Source of the DNA: a virus
Taxonomy: Duplodnaviria; Caudoviricetes
Direction: 5' to 3' (one strand)
IMG/VR virus record: IMGVR_UViG_3300033069_001852
Length of the DNA stretch: 64,000 nucleotides
The position numbers and the translations under genes are program-made. Positions 49,452-58,500 of the stretch are shown here, piece by piece (position 1 is the stretch's first letter; every line of letters begins with the position of its first letter). Under the pieces are notes generated by a model. The model was not told the origin of the DNA. It searched no databases and was given only the letters and a program-made list of their open reading frames with translations.

Positions 49452-50467
49452 AAACCGCCCTTTAAAAATTCCTGCGTTTTAGTAATCAATTCCGTTTCAG
49501 GAACCGCATCTAATTGGTCGCCATAAATAGACTGCCAAAAGGCTTTAATTTTACCAATCATCGGGCCGGGCTTTACTTCCGGAAAATTGCGCATTAACCA
49601 TTCGCCGCCGTATTTGGATTTAATCACCGTTTTGTTGTTAATCTTTTCAATTTCCGATTGTAATTTTTGATAATAATGGGGGAATTCTTGTTTTAGGAAA
49701 TAATCCTCATCTTCAATTTTTCTGGTCTTGTTCAAGGCTACTAATCCGTTTCTAATCGCTATTGCCGTTGGGCGACCAGGTCGGCTGCGTTTACGATCTC
49801 CGTGGTTCATTCCACTATCCGCCACTTGCCGACTATCAAACAAATCGCTGGCGGCAATAAAATCAACAATGTCTTGAACGGTTTGAATTTGATCAAACGT
49901 ATTTAGAACTTGCTTATAACCAAGAATGACAAGGCCCTCTCGCAAATTCCTGGTTAATAAGATTTCATTATTTCTATCACTTTTATCTTTGTAAATCTTA
50001 AAAAAGCCTTGGTTACCGTATTTGTAATTTAATTTTCGAGAGATAATACCAAGGATACCACTGAAGTCGTTGTATGATAGATAATCATAATTTGCCGCAA
50101 ACTCATCTTCGGACGACATAATAAAATCGACATGAACCGTTTTGTTCACGGTGGGGTTCTTGTAAAGCACACTATGAATATTTCCATTTTTACTATAATC
50201 AATCATGTATGAACCCAAGAATTGTTTTAACGTATTGTAAACATGTTGATTGCCACATGCGACAATATCAATATCGCCGTGATCGGCTTTGGTGGGTAAG
50301 GCCCGGCTCAATTGGAACTTTGAAAATTTATCCCCCAGCCGTTTCTGTAAATCTCCAAAAATGATATTCATGTCCGCAGTCGTCACCCGTTCGGCTCGGG
50401 GGCCGAACAATTTCCCACCTTCTTTAAGCGCGGGAATGCTTTCCACTATAGCTTTCAACTTAATCAT
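49448..50467 (-). CDS. Pol-beta-superfamily nucleotidyltransferase
   Basis: K.DHGDIDI and VHVDFI acidic triad; start set at ATG 50467 (MIKLKAIVES); C-terminal PGPMIG resembles the CCA-enzyme tail. Confidence 0.7.
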   Translation of the reverse strand: MIKLKAIVESIPALKEGGKLFGPRAERVTTADMNIIFGDLQKRLGDKFSKFQLSRALPTKADHGDIDIVACGNQHVYNTLKQFLGSYMIDYSKNGNIHSVLYKNPTVNKTVHVDFIMSSEDEFAANYDYLSYNDFSGILGIISRKLNYKYGNQGFFKIYKDKSDRNNEILLTRNLREGLVILGYKQVLNTFDQIQTVQDIVDFIAASDLFDSRQVADSGMNHGDRKRSRPGRPTAIAIRNGLVALNKTRKIEDEDYFLKQEFPHYYQKLQSEIEKINNKTVIKSKYGGEWLMRNFPEVKPGPMIGKIKAFWQSIYGDQLDAVPETELITKTQEFLKGGL

Positions 50468-51420
50468 ACTAGTTTTAAATATTTTCCGTAATCCCACGGT
50501 TGTTTGTGATACCGTTTCATAAAACTGTGAGCCGTCAAACTAAAATTCATTCCGGCTAGTTTGTCTTTATAAGATTCATACCATTTATGACCAATCTCAA
50601 ATCCCACGGAAATCTGACTATATTTACCTAAATTTTCCTTTTGGCCAGAATGGATATCATCCACGCTTTTCATCATTGCCGTCCGGACCGTTTGGGGTTT
50701 TATTTTCAAGCCTTTTCTCAAATAACCCTTGGCCTCTGTTTTGCTAAGCCCACCATCCTCCTCCAAGTCTGAAAATAAATACTTTTTTAACTTGTTAAAC
50801 ACAGACATTTCCCGCTCGGTGGGCTGGCCGAAATCTTTTGAATATAATTTAAACCAAAAAAATAGAACGCCGGCTTCTGTTACTTCATAAGTTTTGTTGG
50901 GTTGGATGCGCTTATGTGAGTCGTCGATTATTTCAATTACTACCGCTGATTCGGACAGAATTTCAACATCTTCCCGCTTTGCTTTTTTTCCATCATTTTT
51001 CCAATACAATTCCGCTAAAAAAGGATCAATTTCCCACTCTAAGCGTTCCGGTCTTTCCTTGGCTATGCGCCTAATTTCTTCAAAATTAGGATTGTCGCGG
51101 TCGAATTTTTCGTGGAACTCATCGATTAAAGTAGAATTAGCTACATGGATTTTACCCCGGGGCTTAACGACATATAGAATGCCTTTGTCAACAAAGCGGC
51201 TCCGGGGAATAACCGATGAGTAGACGCAGTTTAAACGACTGGGTTTATCGGAAAAATGCTTCCGCCGATAAAATTCCAAACCAATTTCTGAAGGAATGTT
51301 TTCCAACCAGTGTTTTCCATCCTCACTACGTTTGGATTTGATCAAATCTCCAACGGTCATCGGATAATTAGAACGATGGTAGAGCGTTACATTTTCACTG
51401 ATTTCCGTTAGGATTTTCAT
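50464..51420 (-). CDS. Putative ADP-ribosyltransferase-fold protein (DUF2441/Arr-like N-terminal domain)
   Basis: LYHRS...GD.I, E..RR..F..KPSRLNCVY, LYVVKP.G, YW...EIL. Confidence 0.5.
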   Translation of the reverse strand: MKILTEISENVTLYHRSNYPMTVGDLIKSKRSEDGKHWLENIPSEIGLEFYRRKHFSDKPSRLNCVYSSVIPRSRFVDKGILYVVKPRGKIHVANSTLIDEFHEKFDRDNPNFEEIRRIAKERPERLEWEIDPFLAELYWKNDGKKAKREDVEILSESAVVIEIIDDSHKRIQPNKTYEVTEAGVLFFWFKLYSKDFGQPTEREMSVFNKLKKYLFSDLEEDGGLSKTEAKGYLRKGLKIKPQTVRTAMMKSVDDIHSGQKENLGKYSQISVGFEIGHKWYESYKDKLAGMNFSLTAHSFMKRYHKQPWDYGKYLKLV

Positions 51421-51956
51421 CTCCGTTTCCTATAATCTAAACATTTTCTGTTTTCACCCGCTTGATTTTTGTAATTTTTCACTGGCAAACCAACAGCCTC
51501 CAACTTTTTCCAGGCAGCGGAAGCTTCATCCGCTTGTAAAGACGATGCGTGTAAACACATATTTTTTTCCGCCAACCACATTGCTCCCGCAATATAAAGA
51601 ACATAACCGATTCCATTCCTCTTATAATTTTCTTCTACTTTAATAAAATCAACAACGGGACAATCAACCCAATGATAGTAAAATTTCTTATATTCTTGGT
51701 TCAGATATCTGTCGGTAAAAGCTTCGTTAAAATACTTCTGGAAAGCTTCTTTATTTGGGAATACTTCCCAGAACTTTTTGTCAGCGATGTAATCCATCTT
51801 CAGATATCCAATCTTTTTTCCGTTGAGATGCGCTTCAACTAATGATTGAGCCCAAGTATTTCCATCTCCCCGTGTAGACATGTTTTCAGAATATTTGAAT
51901 TCTATGCGCCCCAACTTTGATTTGGCATACTTTATTTTCTTTTCGTTGAGATTCAT
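51417..51956 (-). CDS. GNAT-family acetyltransferase
   Basis: VDFIKVEENYKRNGIGYVLY acetyl-CoA motif A, then S..Q..A..AWKKL. Confidence 0.75.
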   Translation of the reverse strand: MNLNEKKIKYAKSKLGRIEFKYSENMSTRGDGNTWAQSLVEAHLNGKKIGYLKMDYIADKKFWEVFPNKEAFQKYFNEAFTDRYLNQEYKKFYYHWVDCPVVDFIKVEENYKRNGIGYVLYIAGAMWLAEKNMCLHASSLQADEASAAWKKLEAVGLPVKNYKNQAGENRKCLDYRKRR

Positions 51957-52483
51957 TTTAAATACCTGTCTTGAAATAATTTATTTCGCCGTGTCAATTC
52001 TGTGCCGTTCGCAAACCGCCGACATTCTTTCTTCGCTGCCGCCCAATCACCGTTTAATACGGCTTTGGTAAATTTGGGAAATTTATCCAATGAACCCAGA
52101 TTAAAAGCGAATTCTGTCAACATTTCCGATTGTTTAGACGAAAGCGGAATTTTAACCCCCAACTTAGACATATACTGCTTTACCACCCTCTGTGCTTGTT
52201 CCAGATCCTTTTTTAGTAATTTTTCCGCTTCACCATCGGTTATACCCGCAGTTAATCGACGTAATTCATCCTGGGCTTGAATTTTATGTCCCCAGGCAAT
52301 GGTGGGTAAACCACCCTCAAATGATTTGTGAGGATACCAACGTCCATCTCTAAAACCGGCTTTCGCAGCGTTCTCCAGATTTTTTACAAATTCTATAAAA
52401 TCGGAGGAGAAATTTTCCGCCGGTTGAATTTCCGCTTGGGGCATGTCAATCGCTTCCTCCAGTATTTTTTTCAGAGATATCAT
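51953..52483 (-). CDS. T4-type (GH24) lysozyme / muramidase
   Basis: LEN..Y....G.PTIAWGH, AEKLLKKDL, FAFNLG, F..A...GDW..A..E, RR. Confidence 0.85.
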   Translation of the reverse strand: MISLKKILEEAIDMPQAEIQPAENFSSDFIEFVKNLENAAKAGFRDGRWYPHKSFEGGLPTIAWGHKIQAQDELRRLTAGITDGEAEKLLKKDLEQAQRVVKQYMSKLGVKIPLSSKQSEMLTEFAFNLGSLDKFPKFTKAVLNGDWAAAKKECRRFANGTELTRRNKLFQDRYLK

Positions 52484-52561
52484 CGTTAAATAAATATAGG
52501 TCGGTTATCTGCGATTACACCCAACATTGTATATTTATTTATGTAACAACACAACCTGATT

Positions 52562-53782
52562 ATGGCAGATTATAACACCGTCACCCAAACCAACCCACTT
52601 TTATTCGTCAGCGGGTCGCCGATTTTGGACCAGGACCGCATCCGTTGGCCCGGGTCTGGTTCAAATCCCCAAGCGCTTTTACCTTATGGGTTTTATAAAA
52701 ACGATGCGTTGTTCTTGAAAGACTGCCAATCCTCCGCAGTTTGGGCAGCCTATCGATTGGGTTTTCCTGTTCAAGACGTGGAAATGTTAGATGTTATGTT
52801 TTACGCGGCCTACGAAGAAGCGACGAATGCGTATGAGGCTCAGGTCAATCAATTTAACATTCGTAATTACATCGCTAATTTCCAAGGCCAGAGCGTTCAG
52901 TCCATCGGCAATCTGACCGGACAAGCGGTCGTGGGAACGCCGATGAGTCAAATCATTGCCTTGGCCGACTCCTACGGCGCTGAAGCTGGAGTCGGAGGTA
53001 CGGTGGATTGGAAAAAAGGCTTCGTCCTGACTTCACCATATCAACAAACCTATGATCTACAAGCCTTGTGGGGTGATGTTTCCGAAAGTTGTAATCGAAT
53101 TGAGATCAAAAGGATTTTTCACGACCGCACGCCGGCTTTTTCCCGTATCTACGACCCATTCAGTATGACGGGGATGAGTTATAGCAATATTTTCAACGAA
53201 CTGGGCTTTGGCGCATACTCCCCCGCGGTTCAGTTCCTGATGACGCCGATTTTTGAAGATTTATTACGGGGTCAAGCAATTGAGTTTAATGATATGGTGC
53301 GGAAGAGTCAATATTCTTTTGAAATCATAAACAACAAATTAAAACTATTTCCGATTCCTCAGGAAAGCATTCGTGTGTGGTTTGATTATATCGTGGAAAA
53401 AGATCGCACTGCGACCTCCGTCATTTCGGGATCCAACATCGTGTCCGACTATTCTAATATTCCATATCAAAATCTGATATATAGTCAGGTCAATGAAGTC
53501 GGCAAACAATGGATTCGCAAATATTTCCTTGCCTGTTGTAAGGAAACGTTGGGTATGGTGCGGCAAAAATACCAAAACATTCCGATTCCCGGAGGCGAAG
53601 TGACCCTGGACGGAGCAGAACTGCGCCAGGAAGCTCAGCAAGAAAAAGAAGCCTTGTTGGTGGAAATTCGTGAAAATTTAGAAGCCGCCGGGCGGAAACA
53701 GCAAATTCAGGACCGGGGGGAAGAAGCGGATAGTATTAACCGCACGCTTAGTAAAATTCCCCTCTTGGTATACGTAGGATAA
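52562..53782 (+). CDS. Neck protein (T4 gp13-like head-tail adaptor)
   Basis: RLGFPVQDVE, WIRKYFLA..KE.LG.VR.KY..IPIPGGEVTLDG; first gene of the neck cluster. Confidence 0.8.
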   Translation: MADYNTVTQTNPLLFVSGSPILDQDRIRWPGSGSNPQALLPYGFYKNDALFLKDCQSSAVWAAYRLGFPVQDVEMLDVMFYAAYEEATNAYEAQVNQFNIRNYIANFQGQSVQSIGNLTGQAVVGTPMSQIIALADSYGAEAGVGGTVDWKKGFVLTSPYQQTYDLQALWGDVSESCNRIEIKRIFHDRTPAFSRIYDPFSMTGMSYSNIFNELGFGAYSPAVQFLMTPIFEDLLRGQAIEFNDMVRKSQYSFEIINNKLKLFPIPQESIRVWFDYIVEKDRTATSVISGSNIVSDYSNIPYQNLIYSQVNEVGKQWIRKYFLACCKETLGMVRQKYQNIPIPGGEVTLDGAELRQEAQQEKEALLVEIRENLEAAGRKQQIQDRGEEADSINRTLSKIPLLVYVG

Positions 53783-53786
53783 AATT

Positions 53787-54260
53787 ATGGGCTTACATGG
53801 CAAATGGTTCTCACAAAGAGACATGCGGTTTATGGATAGTATCAATGCGGAATTAACCGGTGATGTCATTCAAACGGATGTCGTGCTTTTCAAGATTTGT
53901 CCTGGCGCAACACCGATAAACATCTACGGCGAATCAGACCCTGCGACCGGTAAAATGTATTATCCAGGCATCACGGCGACCTGTTTAATTGATAAGGAAG
54001 ATATCCGGGCTGAGTACAGTGAACACGGGATTGATAAGGAACAACCAGTGGAATTTCGTTTTCGGGAAAAACTTTTGAAAGAATTGAATTTTTATCCCCA
54101 AGAAGGCGACCTGGTCTTTTTCAATCAACGGTATTATGAAATTGATAATGTGATTCAGGAACAATTTATGGGCGGAGTGGCTAGTAAATCGCTTTCCATT
54201 AATGTTCGTACCCACTACACACGTCTAAGCCGCATTGGTTTGGTCGAAAGACAGCTATGA
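53787..54260 (+). CDS. Head closure / neck protein (gp14-like)
   Basis: NIYGE, PQEGDLV, YYEIDNV; position after gp13-like gene. Confidence 0.65.
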   Translation: MGLHGKWFSQRDMRFMDSINAELTGDVIQTDVVLFKICPGATPINIYGESDPATGKMYYPGITATCLIDKEDIRAEYSEHGIDKEQPVEFRFREKLLKELNFYPQEGDLVFFNQRYYEIDNVIQEQFMGGVASKSLSINVRTHYTRLSRIGLVERQL

Positions 54261-54275
54261 TAGAAGGAACATAAT

Positions 54276-55553
54276 ATGGCATGGCAAGGTAATCCAGACA
54301 ACAATCAGCCAAATCCGATGCAGGAGGGGAGCAACCTTTCAGATCGGAAAAAAAGTCATTTCCCTCTTTCCGATGTGGAAAAAGACGGAGAAACCCGCGC
54401 TGTCCATACACGGCGGGACAATGATATTGTAAAAGATGTATCCGTCAAATTGATGGATATTGACACCATCATTTTAAATCATGTCGTGGACATGCAATTA
54501 AGTGTGGTGGACGACGGGTTAAATGTCAAAGTCCCCGTTTATTATTCCTCTCCGGAAAAGTGGAAGAGTGTTCAGAAAGATGGCGTTTTTCGTGATTACA
54601 ATGGAAAAATAATTTTACCTGCCATTGTTTTCCATCGGGAAACCAGTGAGAAGGATACCGCTCTAGCAACGTTCAATCGTTATTTGAGATATCCGGTTAT
54701 GAAGAAATATTCCACCAAGAACAAATACACTCCGTTCACGGCCCTGGCGGGTCAGAATGCTCCGGTGGATGAGATTTATGACGTGGTTTATCCGGACCAT
54801 ATGATCTTCACATACAAATTTATTCTCTGGACCGAATCGGTGGAACAAATGAATAAGTTGGTTGAACGGATTAGTTTTGAGACGGAGGATTATTGGGGTG
54901 CGCCCCGTGGTATGCGCTTGCGCACCCAAGTCGATTCATATTCCCACACGGTTGAACTCCAACCCGACGTGGACCGGCTTGTAAAAACTGATTTTAATTT
55001 AGTGGTTCATGGTTATTTATTACCGGAATCGTTTAATGTGGAATTCGCGCGGCGGCCTACCACGCGGAAGGTTTTAACGCCGAAGAAAGTTTTAATGGGT
55101 ATGGAAACGACAACTTCTACGTTTGACCCGAACGTGGTAGAAGATTATAGCAATAAATGGAGGAGCCAACGCTGGCCGAATTTACCAAAAATTGAGGAGC
55201 CATCGGGTGCGCCGATGGTCTGGGTGGACTCAGCTATTGGGTCGTCTGCGCCGAAAGATGTCGTTGATGCTTTTTTCAATATTTATAAATCGACGGTGGG
55301 TAAAATATCAATATTCAATATGTGGGCGTCTGTCCCAGCAAACTCCTCAGCCGCAGGCGCAGAGGGGCAGATTGCCATCGATGGTAGTTATCTTTACATC
55401 TATTCTGGCGGTGCCTGGCGCAGGATTGCGATCAGCGCGCCGAGTAGTCCTGGAGCTCCAGGCAATGAAGGACAAATGGCGGTTGATAGTGAATATTTTT
55501 ATATTTATTCAACAGGCAAATGGAGGAGGGTAGCCATTTCCCAATTCATATAA
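54276..55553 (+). CDS. Tail terminator / sheath stabiliser (gp15-like) with duplicated C-terminal motif
   Basis: VPVYYSSPEKW, LPAI, Y...LWT...QMNKLVE; C-terminal GxEGQxAxD..YxYIY..GxWRRxAIS twice. Confidence 0.65.
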   Translation: MAWQGNPDNNQPNPMQEGSNLSDRKKSHFPLSDVEKDGETRAVHTRRDNDIVKDVSVKLMDIDTIILNHVVDMQLSVVDDGLNVKVPVYYSSPEKWKSVQKDGVFRDYNGKIILPAIVFHRETSEKDTALATFNRYLRYPVMKKYSTKNKYTPFTALAGQNAPVDEIYDVVYPDHMIFTYKFILWTESVEQMNKLVERISFETEDYWGAPRGMRLRTQVDSYSHTVELQPDVDRLVKTDFNLVVHGYLLPESFNVEFARRPTTRKVLTPKKVLMGMETTTSTFDPNVVEDYSNKWRSQRWPNLPKIEEPSGAPMVWVDSAIGSSAPKDVVDAFFNIYKSTVGKISIFNMWASVPANSSAAGAEGQIAIDGSYLYIYSGGAWRRIAISAPSSPGAPGNEGQMAVDSEYFYIYSTGKWRRVAISQFI

Positions 55554-55558
55554 TTATT

Positions 55559-58500
55559 ATGCCAGGAGCAACACCATATTATTCCAAAGCTAAAGATGTA
55601 TTTCTCCAGCGGCGGACGGCGGACGGACATTTTGAAGAGTGGGGCGTGACCGTCCAACCCAATGCGGTCATCGCGACGGATGCGGCAAACAATGTTGTTT
55701 CCATTCCGATTTCTTCTCCCGTGTTTGGGGCAGGTACACCGTTAGCAACAGGGTCTACCTATCCAATAACATCAAGTTGGGCGGAATCTACCGTTATAGC
55801 GGTAAGCGCTTCATGGACCCCTAATTCATTGTCTGCTTCTTATGCGAACAATGCGACTTTAGCCGAACTGGCGACCAATGCCATTTTAGCCACGGATGCT
55901 AATTTTTCTATCAATGCAAGTTACGCTTCTCAGTCTATTAGCGCTTCTTACGCTCCGGTAGAACTAGATTTCAGTTCAAGTGTCAGTGATCAGATAAATA
56001 ACAAACAAACGATTATTGTTTCTGGCTCATCGTTTTATATTACCTCTAGCCAATCCGAAATATCAATATATTCTGTTCAAGCGGAATCTGCTTCTTGGGC
56101 ATCGAGCTCCTTAAACGCGTTAGCGGCCAATACGGCGGAAACTGCGTCTTTTTCAATTTATTCTTCTACGGCGGAAAGCGCATCTTATTCAGCCTATTCC
56201 CCTTCAGCGGAAAGTTCGTCTTATGCGATGTCTTCTTCTGCAGCGGCGAGCGCATCTTATTCAATTTATTCCTCCACGGCGGAAAGTTCGTCTTACGCAG
56301 CTTCGGCTTCTTGGGCGCCCTCCTCTACAATGGCGGGAAGTGCTTCCTGGGCTTCCAGTTCCTTAAGCGCGTCGTATATTAGTGTGGCAAATCTTCCAGC
56401 GCACACCGCTTCCTGGGCTAATAATTCAGTTAATTCTAATCGGGCTACTCAATCCTTGTTTGCTATTAGTTCAAGTTGGGCTTCCGCCTCCATATCCGCG
56501 AGCTATATCACGGCATCGAACATCGTCGGAGTCATGGTTACATCATCTTACGCCCACGCCGCGACCAGCGCGTCTTGGTGCGCAACAGGAAGTTATTTCT
56601 ATTATGTTTTTTACGATGTAACTCAATCACTGACTTATGTTGTTTCAGCGTCCTGGTCAACAAGTAGTTTTCGGGCTCAATTCGCAAGCCAGTCTATTTT
56701 AGCTATTAGTTCTTCATGGGCTTCCAGTTCATTGAGCGCTTCATACATCAATGTAAATAATCTTCCGAGCCACACCGCGAGCTGGGCATGGAATGCCTTG
56801 GATGCTGATCAAGCGAATTTAGCTACTCAAAGTATATTTGCTACTCAATCAATGTATGCGTTAAGTGCATCCTGGGCATCTAGTTCCCTGAGCGCGTCGT
56901 ATATTGCCGTAAACAATTTACCTGCTCACACTTCTTCCTGGGCTAATACCGCGAGTTTAGCTACAGCTATAAATTTTGTTCCAAGAACAAGTACGTTTAG
57001 CACGCAATCAATATATGCTACGCAATCAATATATGCTACGCAGTCGTCGTTCGCGTTAAGTGCTTCCTGGGCTTCTAGCTCCATCAGTAGTTCCTATACA
57101 ACCACCGCATCTTTTTGGAATAGCTCTAGCGTAATAACACTAATCAATACCAAACAGAGTAATTTAGAAACAGGTTCAACCATCCCATTTACTTCTAGTT
57201 GGGCAACCGATGTTGTGAATGATCGAATGGTGGTAACAGGAAGCACATATCCAATTACCGCAAGTTGGGCTAATACGGCTAGTTTTTGGAACTCCGGCTC
57301 AGTCGTCACGTCAATTAATACCAAGCAGAATAATATTGCTACTGGGTCTATAGTTCCCTTTACATCTTCATGGGCGCAAAATTCTTTTTCTGCGTCCCTT
57401 GCTTTAGCCGCCAACGTAACCAGTCAAGCGATTTACTCCAGTCAATCTGTTTTCTCCACACAAAGCTTGTGGGCAACTAATTCTTTAAATGCTGTAAGCT
57501 CGAGCCGAGCCTCTAGTTCATTAAGCGCGTCTTATGCGTTGACCGCGTCGTATGCCTTAAATGCCGGTGGTTCAGGAACGACTTTAAGCACAGGGAGTCT
57601 TTATCCGATAACGGCCAGTCAAGCGGTCAGTTCTTCACGGGCAGTGAGTTCGGTGTCTGCTTCATATTCCCTAACCGCATCTTATTCGCTTAACGGCGGA
57701 GGATCCGGGACAACATTAAACACTGGAAGTTTATATCCCATCACCGCGAGCCAAGCCATTTCCGCTTCTTATGCGCCAGGGAATCCATCCATTTCCGCTT
57801 CTTATGCGACTTCAGCGTCATATGCGTTATTTACCAGCACGGCCTTAACCGTTTCCGCATCGTGGGCTAGTCAATCCGCTTTTGCGCCAGTCATCTTTAG
57901 CAATGTTCAGGTAATCAATGGTCAGTTATTGATCCTAAGCACGGACACGAATACTTGGTATTCCCTTGGGGTCAGTGATGATGGTATGGGCTCGTATACG
58001 ACTAATTTGACTCCGACCACCAATACCGGAAGTTATTACGCCAGCGGCAGTTTTTATTACGCAACTATTACTAGTTCGGTTTCGGCGTCGTGGGCTTCCA
58101 GCTCCGTCTCAGCCTCCTATGCGTTAACGGCGTCCTATGCGCTTAACGGAGGAAGCGGTGGAGGTTCATCAATCTCTGCGTCCTGGGCATCTAGTTCCTT
58201 GAGCGCAAGCTATGTTACTTCTTATCAATCATATGTTATTTTGGCCACCGGGTCGGGGAATTGGATTACTTGTAGTTTCGGAACTACAAATCAACAAGTC
58301 AATTTAACCACCGCGTTAGCCTATAACTTAACCCACAGTAATATTGCGCCAGCCAATCAAGTGGCTGACACGTCGCTTTACATCAGCCATTCCGCCAATG
58401 CGACCAGTTCGTTAAATTTCCCAAGTACATGGAAAAATATCGGCAGCGGTTGGCCTTCTACTATCGCTGGTAATACTGTCGCCGTTGTCTGGCTCCGTTC

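Noticed and set aside
46547-52483. tRNA genes near the CCA-adding enzyme
   Set aside because: There is no intergenic space or recognisable cloverleaf/T-loop here. A tRNAscan-SE run would be needed to exclude tRNAs formally elsewhere in the window.
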